A stretch of 63,218 bases of DNA, filler included, from Octopus bimaculoides (lineage: Eukaryota), in the NCBI RefSeq assembly GCF_001194135.2. It is 4 parts of 4 records of this genome, joined end to end, with 100 filler letters (N's around TTAATTAATTAA, not from the genome) between each part and the next. Parts side by side here need not be neighbours in the genome. Positions count along the whole stretch, not along the records: positions 30,832 to 53,232 come from NC_068991.1; 3 more parts are not named here. One strand, given 5' to 3'. Positions 35,673 to 48,576 of this stretch are shown piece by piece. How positions within the stretch are numbered: position 1 is the stretch's first letter; every line of letters starts with the position of its first letter. Position numbers and translations under genes: made by a program. The notes beneath the pieces were generated by a model. The model worked only from the letters and a program-made list of their open reading frames with translations, ran no database searches and was not told the origin of the DNA.

Positions 35673-36869
35673 TATATATATATATATATAATGAAGAAAT
35701 AAGTGATATAGATATCCACTTTATACAGCTCAACCGAGTAGCATTCTGATAGAGCTTCAGCAATATAAAATTAAGGAGAGGAGAAAACAAATTGTAAGTT
35801 TAGTAACTGCGTTTATTTACACCAAGCGACACTTATGAGATCAACATGTTGTCTATCGAGAAAGTGTTCTTTGGTACAAGTAAATGCCGATGAAATCATT
35901 TCAAACCTTTCCGATTTCCCTTATCAAAACAGCTAGAACGTGCAACAATCTGACATATAAGCTATTGTTACCCAGGAAGAGGATTTTTATGCTCAAAAAA
36001 GAGAGTGTATTTCATAGAAATCATTGAAATACATATGTACTTCATATGAGTAACAAATTGTTGAGGATGGTATTCACTGTACTCAGATCTAGTTAGTTTA
36101 AGTCACAAAATCAGCCCCCTTTTAAAATGGTGTAGAAAAATCTGAAAATTTGTCATATTAAACATTCATTTCTTATTCAGGATCTAGTTTGTTTCATTCA
36201 CAAAATCCGCATTTTTTAAAAGGAAGTAAAAAAAAATTTGACAACTGGTTATCTTGAAGCAGTTTCCCATGCTTATTCCTATGAAGCCATGAACTTCTGG
36301 AGAAAAAATTTGACACACACAAAATTTTTTTTTTGTAATTTGTGGTTTTAAAATACGGACAGTCCAAATCTACTATTTGTTTCTCTTATAATTTCCAAAT
36401 AATTTTTTTTAAATACTTCAAAATCAAAATTGTGTAAATATGTGTGCTAGAAACAATAGTTAAAAATTAAAGAAATAGATTTTTGGGAGATCTCTTATTA
36501 TGACTGACTTTTATTCCATTATTATAATATTTTTTTTAACTAAATGCATATACATGTATAAATGCATACAGAAACATACAAATATATACACACATACATC
36601 CTTGTATATATATAAATATTTTGGCTTATCTACACAAGTATGCCCCACAGATTTGCTTGTTCATTATCTTGAGAAAATTAAATATTTCTTTTCTACAAAT
36701 ATGCTTCAGATCATGTAGATTCCAATTAAAGTGGAATTCATTGTGAAAACCATCTGTCCCTAAAGGAGTTTAGAAAATTCCCACCATTAGGCTTTGTTGC
36801 GTATATATATGTATATATATGTGGGTGTATATATATTGTTTTAATTATATCTTTATACACGTACATAGA

Positions 36870-37110
36870 CACATAAAAAACTGGCACACCATCGGTTACG
36901 ACGATCACAAGTATCCAAAACTTCTTCGCTACTCTTCCAACTTTATTTTTCCTCTTAAAAAGAAGGCTTTCGTCTACTTGGACTATATGTTGTACCATTG
37001 CACGGCTGTCTGTCTGCTAATATTGCTGATGGACATGCAGCACGTCACTGGCATTTCACATATAAAGTCCAGGATTATGTGAAAAAGTGTGAAGACCATC
37101 AATCGATTTT
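36870..37110 (-). pseudogene. Merlin (IS1016/ISXO2-like) DDE transposase relic
   Basis: NISRQTAVQWYNI followed, after a frameshift or deletion, by VQVDESLLFKRKNKVGRVAKKFWIL. This matches the Merlin pattern VE(I/V)DES.F.KRKY.RGR...WV. Confidence 0.7.
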
Positions 37111-38186
37111 CTTCCATAAAAGTATTAAGAAATTATTTGGAAATTATAAAGAGAAAGGATTGGGAGATATGGACTGTCCGTATTTTAAAACAATGAATTT
37201 AAAAAAAATTGTTGGGGATAGATTTTNNNNNNNNNNNNNNNNNNNNNNNNNNNNNNNNNNNNNNNNNNNNNNNNNNNNNNNNNNNNNNNNNNNNNNNNNN
37301 NNNNNNNNNNNNNNNNNNNNNNNNNNNNNNNNNNNNNNNNNNNNNNNNNNNNNNNNNNNNNNNNNNNNNNNNNNNNNNNNNNNNNNNNNNNNNNNNNNNN
37401 NNNNNNNNNNNNNNNNNNNNNNNNNNNNNNNNNNNNNNNNNNNNNNNNNNNNNNNNNNNNNNNNNNNNNNNNNNNNNNNNNNNNNNNNNNNNNNNNNNNN
37501 NNNNNNNNNNNNNNNNNNNNNNNNNNNNNNNNNNNNNNNNNNNNNNNNNNNNNNNNNNNNNNNNNNNNNNNNNNNNNNNNNNNNNNNNNNNNNNNNNNNN
37601 NNNNNNNNNNNNNNNNNNNNNNNNNNNNNNNNNNNNNNNNNNNNNNNNNNNNNNNNNNNNNNNNNNNNNNNNNNNNNNNNNNNNNNNNNNNNNNNNNNNN
37701 NNNNNNNNNNNNNNNNNNNNNNNNNNNNNNNNNNNNNNNNNNNNNNNNNNNNNNNNNNNNNNNNNNNNNNNNNNNNNNNNNNNNNNNNNNNNNNNNNNNN
37801 NNNNNNNNNNNNNNNNNNNNNNNNNNNNNNNNNNNNNNNNNNNNNNNNNNNNNNNNNNNNNNNNNNNNNNNNNNNNNNNNNNNNNNNNNNNNNNNNNNNN
37901 NNNNNNNNNNNNNNNNNNNNNNNNNNNNNNNNNNNNNNNNNNNNNNNNNNNNNNNNNNNNNNNNNNNNNNNNNNNNNNNNNNNNNNNNNNNNNNNNNNNN
38001 NNNNNNNNNNNNNNNNNNNNNNNNNNNNNNNNNNNNNNNNNNNNNNNNNNNNNNNNNNNNNNNNNNNNNNNNNNNNNNNNNNNNNNNNNNNNNNNNNNNN
38101 NNNNNNNNNNNNNNNNNNNNNNNNNNNNNNNNNNNNNNNNNNNNNNNNNNNNNNNNNNNAATTGACGATTCTCTGCCCTGCATATC

Positions 38187-38222
<36 letters not shown>

Positions 38223-38304
38223 TACTTTATTTAAAAGCAGCAGAAATATAACAAAAAAAACCGTTACTCTGAGTTTCACGTTCCCGTTCATGTGCTAACT
38301 CCGG

Positions 38305-38344
<40 letters not shown>

Positions 38345-38359
38345 AACACACACAAACCT

Positions 38360-38745
38360 ATGTATGTTTGGTAAGAAACTTGCTTCCTAAACACATGGTT
38401 CCAAGTTCAGTCCCACTGCATGGCAACTTGGAAAAGTGTCCTCTACTACAGCCTTAGGCCAACCAAAGCCCCTTTTGAGTGGATTTAGTAGACAAACTGA
38501 AAGAAGCCATTGTGTGCACGTGTGTGTGTGTGTGTGTGTGTCTGTCTGACTGACTGTCCCTCACCACTGCTTGACAACTGACATTGGTGTGTTGACATTC
38601 TCATAACTTAGTGGTTCAGCAAAAGAGACTGACAGAATAAGTAGTAGGCTTAAAAATATGTGCAGGGATCAATTTGCTCAACTAAAATACCATTCAAAGA
38701 TGTGCCCCAGTATGGCTGCATCCAAATGACTGAAACAAGACAGAT
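38360..38745 (+). mobile_element. SINE family A, CpG-decayed
   Basis: Head, CORE-like segment, (GT)n, 3' module and tail. Confidence 0.85.
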
Positions 38746-39618
38746 AAACATATGTATGTACACACATAGGGGAGTGATCAAGGTATATTATAGCTCATAT
38801 TCCTAGATCACCTTTCTTTACGGTATGTGTGTGTGTCTGTGTGTGCGCTTGTATACTTATATGTGGGTGTGTAAAATCTGAATGTAATCCATTTGACTAC
38901 CATATCCAATCTTCATCTTATCCTTTTTATGTTGTAGTGCTTAGGCAGTCGTTCACACACACACACACACACACACACACTATAATGTCTTTGCTGTTTT
39001 CGTTATTTTCTTGTTCCACCACCACCACCATCACCTTCGTGGGGACATTTATTTGAGTTTAGAAAAACTTTTGAGTACAATAAAGAGAGGGAGGGGGAGA
39101 CAAAGAGAAAGAGAGAGGGAAGGAAAGAGAGAGGGAAGGAAAGAGAGAGAGAAAGAGAGGAAAGTGAAATTTATGTTTTGACAACAGCCAAGTTCATTTA
39201 ACACCAAGTTGTATTTCAAAACAGTCTGCAGTGGGTGGGATGGAGAAACTGCGGTAGATGGTTTCAGAGGAGGGGTAGTTGATGTGGATGGTTGGTTAGT
39301 TATTTTGTTGGTGCGGTTATCAGTATGGTAGTGGTGAAAAATCACTGGGTCACTAAGTAACATTGCAGGCTGATTTCACTATAGATTTGCAGGGAAACAC
39401 ATATAACTACACAAATCCACACCTGGAGAAATAGCAGCTGTATTTTCTCCCAAATGCTATCATACCATCTTAAAAAGAAGGGACATATAGGACAATGTAA
39501 TCCTATATATTCTGTCTCTAACTAAAAGAGGGAGATGGTCATGAATGGATCTCTGTTAATTTTAAGCCTGCTTGTCTTCAGGATAGGGCTACGTTGAATA
39601 ACAACTCATTTGTTTTTT

Positions 39619-40057
39619 AATATTTTGACATGCAATAAGGTGGCAAGATGGCAGAGTCATAAGCATGCTGGGGAAAATGCTTAGCAGCATTTCATCCATC
39701 TTTATTTTCTGGGTTCAGATTCCAACAAGATCAACTTCGCTTTTCATCCAGTCACAGTTATCCCCTCCCCTGAACTTGCTGGCCTTGTGCCAAAATATGA
39801 AACCAATATTTTGACATGCAATAAGGTGGTGAGCTGGCAGAATCATTAGCATGTTGGGCAAATTGTGCTTAGTAGCATCTTGTCTGTCTTTACATTCTAA
39901 GTTCAAATTCCACCGAGGTCAACTTTGCCTTTCATCCTTCCGAAGTCATCAATATAAAGTAGCAGTTAAACACTGGGCTTGATATAATTGATGTATCTCC
40001 TTCCCTGAAATTGCTGGCCTTGTGCCAAATTTTGAAACCAATATTTTGACATGCAAT
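39619..40057 (+). mobile_element. Tandem pair of family-B SINEs with an identical 18-bp spacer x3
   Basis: aatattttgacatgcaat at 39619, 39805 and 40040 brackets two SINE bodies. Confidence 0.85.
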
Positions 40058-40059
40058 GC

Positions 40060-41050
40060 TACCAAATACAACAGATTTGTACACTTCTGTAACAACACAA
40101 CACATTTTCAATTCACATCCTCCATCTCAGATACTTCCTTCAATTTTGTTGACATTACTCTCTTTATCAGCCTCCTACCCTCACCCTCTCCACATGTTTT
40201 CTACAAACCCGTCAACTCTCACTCCATCTTTGACTTTTCCTCCTCACATCCTACCTATACCTCACCATCCCCTAAACCCAGTTCCTTTGTCCCCACTGGT
40301 TTTGCACCCATAACCATAACTGATTTTGAGAGGCAGGTTTAAGACAGGACCCGTCTGTTCATTCAATGCATTTACCCACCCACCCTCCACCAAGTACCCT
40401 TTTTCTATGATTGTGACACTGATTGCACTTCAGTCTTTACAGTTCATACCTGGAATCCAACCCATCATATCTCCTTTCCTCTCACCTATCATTTAATCCT
40501 AACAATGCACCACCTCTCCCATTGCCTATAAACTGACCCTGTCTGGTTTCTTCCCTCCACTACCCATTCCTTCCTTCAAGCACACCTGTAACCTACACAA
40601 CCTCCTTGTCCATAGCTCCCTGCTCCCCATACTCCATCCCTCTCTCAGATCCTTTCCCTACCTCTATCCCGACAGCCACACTTTCCTTTTTCCTTTGCAA
40701 CACAATCTTCACTGGACTCGACCATCATACTTTTCACATTAAATACTCTTTCTGCTGCACCTCCAACAACCTCGTATATACACTCCGGTGTTCTCTCTGC
40801 AATTTGATCAACATCAGGCAAACTGGTTGCTGACTGCTTGATTCAGGAAGCATCTTAAGGACATCAAACTTGGCAATGAGGCTGCCTATCTCTCAAAATT
40901 TCTGCACTGCCAACAACTCCATCCAACACCACTCTGTCTTGAACCTGGCCTCCAGTACTGGGTCCCCTATTACTCACCTCTTGGGAGACCAGGAGCTCAT
41001 CTTCTCTCTCAAAACATACATACTGTTTGGTCTAAATTCATCACCTCATG
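40060..41050 (+). mobile_element. Penelope-like element (Neptune-type), degraded RT end + GIY-YIG
   Basis: FQFTSSISDTSFNFVDI...VFYKPVNSHSIFDFSSSHP, and FCCTSNNLVYTLRCSLCNLINIRQTG...ELIFSLKT...GLN. Confidence 0.75.
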
Positions 41051-42194
41051 TTTTACTAAATTGCATGTTCTACCTGCTCCAGAACTACACACCTCTTCCT
41101 CTATCGTGCCCCCTCTTCCCTTTTTACCATGCAGCACCTTGCACCTCATACTTTACTCCACTCACACATCTCACTCTTCAGCACCAGCACATCTACACAC
41201 ACTAATACAGCTTCCATATACACCTCCTCCCTTTCAACCACTCCTTCCCCAAACATTCACACCTTTCACTTACGCACATACACACACATTGCCAGCTAGA
41301 GTAGGTGTGTCATAGTATGCTAATTTCTCAGTTTACCAATTAAATATTTTGCAGCCAGCACTGGGAAGAGGAGAGGGCCTTTACAATGATCAGAAGAAAA
41401 TTCCAGGAACATCAGAGGCTACTTGAAGAGGGAGTTAATATTCCTTTTACATAACCTATTTTTCCTATTGTTACTGTTGCAGTGAGTGGTATATCTAAAT
41501 TAGGAATTATATGTTCTACTATTACCATAGAAAGTGTGGTAATTATGATCATCATGAAATTGGCCATATCTATATTTAGTCTTACTTCTCTTACACGATA
41601 AAGGTCTGTTTTTCAAGTTATCAGAGTTTTCAATGTAGGTTTTGGAGCTGTTTGGACTGTATTCATCATGAATATTGACAGTTGTTCTCAGTACTACAAC
41701 TCCTTACTACAACTGTCATCAATATGGGAGTTGTTCTCATTACTACTTTCAGGGACTTTTATTTTCCTATTGAGCTTTCAACATTTTAAGCAAGAGCTTT
41801 GCACATTTCACCTAATGTATGCAACTGCAGTGTATTCTATTATAGCCATCAAGGTATGAAGTATTGCTTCATAAATACCCATGAGAATATGGCCCGTTTT
41901 TATTTGGTGTTATAACAACAATGTTATCAAGAATGAACACCATCTCACTGATGCATTATGCCCAAGCTAAAACCATGTTATATTTGGCATTTTAGGGAAA
42001 AATATTTCTTCATTAGCAGAGTCTAGATAGTTTGGACAAAACACCTTAATTACTGCTCAAGGATGATTAGAATTTTTATTAAGATAATGTAAGTTTTCAT
42101 TAAGTTCATGATAAGGATGATAAAAATCTGTATTTAGTTCTAATGAAACATCAAAAAAATTGGCGATGTGTGTGTGTGTGTGTGTGTGTGTGCG

Positions 42195-42340
42195 CACAGC
42201 TGTGTGGTTAAGAAATTTGTTTCCCATTCACATTGTTTAAGGTTCAGTCCCACTGCATGGCATCTTAGGCCAGTAGGCTCAGGCCAACAAAAGTCTTGTG
42301 AGTAGATTTAGAACATGGAAACTGAAAGAACCCCATTGCA
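42195..42340 (+). mobile_element. SINE family A 5' module
   Basis: gctgtgtggttaag...ggttcagtcccactgcatggc...ggaaactgaaagaa. Confidence 0.75.
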
Positions 42341-42723
42341 AAAAAAGACACACATACATGCAAGTATATATCTATTATGTGTGTGAGTGTGTGTGTTACC
42401 TTGAGTTGGCTATGTGACAGTTATAAGCACAAGTAGTGTTATTTGTTGCCAGTCTCCCATGCAAGTATGTGTAACCATGGAGAAATAACATCTTGCTCGG
42501 AAACAGGTGAGAGCATCTAACAATAGAAAATCTGCCAGAATGAATTTCATTAAAATTAAAATGACAATGATGACAATACAAACACACACACACACACAGG
42601 AGGTGCATCAGTATGAACATAGGACACTGACTAAAACTCAAATATTTAAAATATACACACACAAATATAATTTCAGTATGTTTATGTATGCATATGTATG
42701 TGTGTGTCTACACAAGTCTAAAA

Positions 42724-42760
<37 letters not shown>

Positions 42761-43949
42761 CGTGTGCATGCACACGTGTGTATATTGATGTTTGCTCACA
42801 TTCCTGGGGTTTTTTAATGGTCCTTATTTTAGTACCTGAGTTGTGGGCTGAAGCAAATGCACGAAAATACAAAATGTGTACGGGGAGAGGGGACACAGAA
42901 AACAAGACAGAAAAATCAGTTAGAAATACAAAATAATAATAAAAACAGCTATCAAATAAAAGTGGGAGGTGTCTGATTTTGATTTTTATCTCCACTTTGG
43001 AATCAAAGAAACAATGTAAAAGCAAAAGAAAATACACCACCCAACTTGTCATTTTGTGACTATATTAGACACCTCCACCATCTCTCTTTCTCTCTTAGAT
43101 AACATGCAAAGAACAACATTAATATGACAAAAATCTAAAGGGTGACAAAATACTGAGAGAGGGAGGAGAGTGGGGGGTAGAGAGAGACAAAGTTTAAATG
43201 AATGACCAGCAGTTATTTGATTCCATGTCTTCCTTCTTTTTTACTTGCTGATGGAGAAAGGAAGGTAGTAGAAGAATGAAGTAATAAAAGAAAAAAAGGG
43301 CTATGGTAAGGGTCTTTGTAGCTGGCAATTAGCTGCCAACTAAATTGGTATGAATCAAAAACTCAAAGACTTCCTTTATAGTTCTGATCTTCCCACCCCT
43401 TTCCTCCTATTGCATGAAATTTTGGGCAGAATAATTGACAAGTATGCAAAACAAATTGATGAGTGAGAAAGAGAAGGAGGGTACAGAGAAGGAGAAAGAG
43501 AAGGAACGAACAGACAGTGGGAGAGAGAAGGAGGGTATAGAGGGTGAGAGAGAGAGAGTGTATGAGAGTAAATAATAGTAGAGTTGGGATAAGAAAGTGA
43601 GAAAAGGAGAGTCATGAGAAAGAAATAGATAAGTTGCAAAGAACAGAGAGAAAGAAAATGAGAAATGAATGATTGAGAGAAGCAAGAGTGAGAAGAGTAG
43701 ACGTAAGAAGTAACAAGAGAGAATGAGAAAGATAGAGAGAAGATAAACACAGAGAAAGTAAGAGAGAGAGAGAGAGAGAGAAAGAAAAAATTATTGAGAC
43801 AAACGACAGAGAAAAAGAGAGGAAACACACATAAGCAACTACATACCTATACACACACATATACATACCTAAATATACATAAATATACACTGGTAAACAT
43901 ACACACACACATACATTAACACATTATATACACACACACATCGTCACCA

Positions 43950-44130
43950 TATGATCAACTTTTAAAGTCCATTTTCCATGCTGGCATGGGTTGGATGGTT
44001 TGACAGGAGCTGGCCAGCCGGATGGCTGCACCAGGCTCCAATTCTCTCTTTTGACAGTTTCTAAGGCTGGATGCCCTTTCTGATGCCATCCACTTTACAA
44101 AGTGGTCTGGGTGCTTTTTAGGTAGCACCA
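43950..44130 (-). mobile_element. SINE with RTE-type tail, degraded
   Basis: Homologous to 52993-53232. Confidence 0.65.
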
Positions 44131-44151
44131 GCACACATATATAAATTACAT

Positions 44152-44184
<33 letters not shown>

Positions 44185-44260
44185 CATACACACACATATA
44201 TACATAAATACATTCACATGAAAATATGCATTTACTTACACACACACACACACACACACA

Positions 44261-45004
44261 GAGGCAAGAAAAGCTGGTAAAGCCCCTAGACCATCAGGAA
44301 TAACTGCTGAGATGCTTAAAATATCTGGTGAGTAGGATACAGCCTAGTTCCTCAGATAGTCAATCAGGTTGTAAAGGAAAGTATCATGCCCCAACAACAG
44401 AAGAAGCAGCCTAAGAAAGAAATAGTTTCAAAGGTATCAAATTGCTGAATCAGGTCATGAAGTTATGGAAAAAGTTATAGCTCAAATAATGAGAATGAGA
44501 ATGAGAGANNNNNNNNNNNNNNNNNNNNNNNNNNNNNNNNNNNNNNNNNNNNNNNNNNNNNNNNNNNNNNNNNNNNNNNNNNNNNNNNNNNNNNNNNNNN
44601 NNNNNNNNNNNNNNNNNNNNNNNNNNNNNNNNNNNNNNNNNNNNNNNNNNNNNNNNNNNNNNNNNNNNNNNNNNNNNNNNNNNNNNNNNNNNNNNNNNNN
44701 NNNNNNNNNNNNNNNNNNNNNNNNNNNNNNNNNNNNNNNNNNNNNNNNNNNNNNNNNNNNNNNNNNNNNNNNNNNNNNNNNNNNNNNNNNNNNNNNNNNN
44801 NNNNNNNNNNNNNNNNNNNNNNNNNNNNNNNNNNNNNNNNNNNNNNNNNNNNNNNNNNNNNNNNNNNNNNNNNNNNNNNNNNNNNNNNNNNNNNNNNNNN
44901 NNNNNNNNNNNNNNNNNNNNNNNNNNNNNNNNNNNNNNNNNNNNNNNNNNNNNNNNNNNNNNNNNNNNNNNNNNNNNNNNNNNNNNNNNNNNNNNNNNNN
45001 NNNN

Positions 45005-45061
<57 letters not shown>

Positions 45062-45560
45062 TGAAATGCAGTTCAGTTTTTTGTCACAGAAAAGTACCAC
45101 AGATGCTCTCTTCCTGGTGAGACAAATGAAAGAGACTGCTTAGCAGAATGTAACCTGCTGTACTTACCATTTGTAAACCTAGAGAAAACCCTCAACAGAG
45201 TCCCTCACTCTGTGATATGCTGGTTTCTGAGGCAGATGAATGGCTTATGTGAGTCACACAAGCCATATAGAGAGACAGTGAGTAAAATGAGAGTTAACAA
45301 TGTATAAAACAATAAATTTTGTGAGCAACTAAGAGTTCACCATGGCTCAGTTCTCCTCAGTCACCTTTTCTTTTTTTCTCACTATGGTTCTCCAGCTCAA
45401 AACAAAGTTTAAGACTAGTTGCCTATAGAAACTCCTTCATGTTGATGATCTCGTTATTATAGCTGAATCTGTAGTAGAATTATAACAGAAAATCCAGGTG
45501 TGGAAGCCAAATTGGAAGGAAAGGACCTCAAAGTTAACTTAGCAAGAGACCAAATGTTTT
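44261..45560 (+). mobile_element. RTE-clade LINE RT fragment, interrupted by (GA)n and a gap
   Basis: GKAP.PSGITAEMLK, FKGIKLLNQVMK, LDEMQFSF...STTDALFLVRQM, FVNLEKTLNRVPH and LLHVDDLVIIAES. Confidence 0.8.
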
Positions 45561-47247
45561 AGTAAGCAGAGAAACTGATAGAGGTTTGTAGAAAAGATGT
45601 AGGTAGAATTTCCATATGATGCAGTTAGTGCAAACTATGGAAACACAAGAGATGTTATTATGGTCAACATTTCTTTCAAATGTATTTCTAGTTGCCTCAA
45701 GCATTGATTTGATTTCCATTTCAAATTTTCCATTTTCTGATTCCATATAGCTCTGTTATATTATCTCTGGTGTCTATCAACTGCCTTCCCCTTCAATTAT
45801 AATATTTATTTAGGAAGATTGTTGCTTCTTGCTGATTACCATTGTTTTTGGTTTTGAATTCATTTCCATTCCATGACATTCTTTTGTCATTTACTGCAGT
45901 TATGAGGTTTCGTAGGTCATCTCTAGTGAAAATCTTATAGGTTGTCCCTAAGCATTCAGTCAGATACCTCAATGGATAGATGATGCCAGATCACAGCTCA
46001 CTGAGATTACTGAACAACATATTACAAACTATATATATTTCTAATAATGTAGGATAGTCCTAGTTAGTGTTGTTTGGCACCAACCAATCAAATGAAACAT
46101 TCACATTGCATCAGGTCTAATCATGACAAAGCTATACAATTCTAAAACACAGGACTTATGGGTCATATCATATATTCCTAAATTTAAGAAAATATAAGCC
46201 TTAACCATGTAAACATGATGGTAAAACATTTTATTGAGGTAGAATGTCTCTTTGAGCAGATAGGATGACCACAAGCAAGTGTTATTTCTTTGGATTGTAA
46301 TTCTATAGTTGTTTGAATACAAATTGTGAAACATGAAATATTCCTTACTATGTTTCCCCATTGTCCTTATGTTATTTTATTACAAGCAACAACTTGATAT
46401 ATTTATAATCCTCCCAACATCAAAACAAAATCCATATGTTTTCATCTGTCTAGGAGGGATAAAAATAAACAAACAGAGAAGAAGAAAAAATCCTATTCAC
46501 TGTGAACAAGATGTAAATCTTTCATCATTTACCAGTCAAAGAAAAGACTGAGAAATGTCAACAAGGACTATTTTCTGGAGAAATTAATAATTTTTACGAG
46601 ATTCACGTCTAACAATCTCTGACTCAAGGGTGGAGGTTGGGGGAGTATTTTTTAAGTAATTTGGCAGGAAAAAGTTCTGAAAATCCTAAACAGGTTGTTA
46701 AAATAATCTCACTAAAGCCAAATATGACAAACAAGATAATGGTAACTGCTCTGTTTTCTTAGTTTAGCTTCTGTTGAAATAAAATCCTTCATTGGAATTA
46801 TCATAGAAACAAGCAAATAACTGAAAATATGATACAAGATGAATACAAGTTACACCTACATTCTCATTCTCACACATACACACACACACATGATATATAT
46901 GCATATATATATGTGTGTGTGTGTGCATGTGTGATGTATACATAAAAATTAAGTCATGTTTATCATCATCTGCTGTAATAGTTTCACATTTACCTCAAAA
47001 CATTCAACAACAAATATCTTTGCTCCCTGCATTTGAGGGAAAACCTCAGCTTACACAAGTTCAAGTATTATAGAGAAAGCTCCATCACATTATCTAAACT
47101 AATATCAATTTAGATATTTCTTTCCTAATGTTTAATAATTGAATATTTACTGGCTATTGTTTATAGTCTTATTTTCTGCTTTGAATTAAACCATTCCAAA
47201 ACAAGAATTATTTCACACACACACACACACACACGCACACACACACA

Positions 47248-47337
47248 TATTTATAAACAAAATTAAGGGATCAGCAAACAGGTTGCTTCACCACATACCG
47301 AAGTTCAGAAATAGCAGCTAAAAATGCTGAAACTCCA
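47248..47337. repeat. ~90-bp repeat, inverted partner of 52411-52499
   Basis: 42-bp perfect reverse-complement core at 47283-47324 and 52424-52465. Confidence 0.85.
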
Positions 47338-47653
47338 ACAGGTAGCAGTTACCTGCAACTCACATAGGCAAAACAAGAAGAAAAATAACGAACTAAACTA
47401 GCCATAGTTAATCATAGACATGTTTCTGGTTTAGGAGAATAAAAACTCTTCAATACCTCATCGGTATGATATTCCTGTTGTAAATTCGACGATACTGGCA
47501 AATGTGCATGCATGATCTAGCGCCATCATTTGCAGTCGACACATTTTGAAAGTATCTCCAAATCCACATAGGCGAGCCAGCCCATCATCTTCCCTCACGG
47601 ATTACCATGTGCGTCACAGGCGGTACCGCAGGAAATCTGTGGTTTACTATCCG

Positions 47654-47684
<31 letters not shown>

Positions 47685-47760
47685 TATATGTATATGATTA
47701 TATACACATATCTATATAAAATTATGTATAAGAATGTAAATCTACACATGTCAATGTGTG

Positions 47761-47810
<50 letters not shown>

Positions 47811-47879
47811 AACACATATATCCCTCTCTCACTCTCTGGGAGAGAGGCACAAGCACATACACAGACATATACACACACG

Positions 47880-48035
47880 ACAGTAACTTCTGCCTACCAA
47901 ATTCAATCACAAAGCTTCAGTCGGCTCGGAGCTAAAGCAGAAGACACTTGCCCAAGGTGCCACGCGGTGGGACTGAGCCCGAAACCATGTAGCTGGGAAG
48001 CAAGCTTTCTAACCATACAGCCATGCCCGCGCCTA
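47880..48035 (-). mobile_element. SINE family A 5' module
   Basis: gaagacacttgcccaaggtgccacgcggtgggactgagcccgaaacc. Confidence 0.8.
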
Positions 48036-48133
48036 TGTATATAATTATATATCCACATGTATATAAATACGAATATAGATCTATACATGTCTATGTGTGT
48101 GTGTGTGTGTGTATTTGTGTGTGTGTGTGTGTG

Positions 48134-48163
<30 letters not shown>

Positions 48164-48169
<6 letters not shown>

Positions 48170-48367
48170 TGCTGAACAGTTCCTGGTTTGGGGTAAAAAA
48201 AATACAGGAGGACCAGTTAATTATGATTTTATTTAATATATTCCCCGCTCAAATTCACAGACTTATTGCAGCAGTCCTTCAGTTTTTCTAAGCCCTGTAA
48301 AAGAAATCAAGATGCTGGGCCTCGAACCAGGCCTTCCAAAAGGAAGGAACTTTTCAGCACTCCCTCA
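48164..48367 (-). mobile_element. Mariner-derived MITE, second copy (opposite orientation to 17381-17597)
   Basis: tgagagtgctgaacagttcctgg ... ggaacttttcagcactccctca; the interior is the reverse homologue. Confidence 0.8.
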
Positions 48368-48527
48368 TCAATATATACATGTATATGTGTATAAAGATAT
48401 ACATGCATATGTTTATATATTTATATAAGCATAAAGGTATAAATATATAACTAGGTACACTTAGGCATATATATACCTAGGTATACCAATATACCTATAG
48501 GTATATATTTATAAACATGCATGTATG

Positions 48528-48576
<49 letters not shown>

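Noticed and set aside
36998-38291. Long ORFs of 300-417 aa (also 18688-19355, 20365-21157, 44450-45100 and 59843-61104)
   Set aside because: They are open only because they run through N gaps.
46333-46551. 72-aa ORF with a hydrophobic N-terminus as a secreted peptide
   Set aside because: Length and composition are expected by chance in AT-rich DNA; no cleavage sites or family motif.
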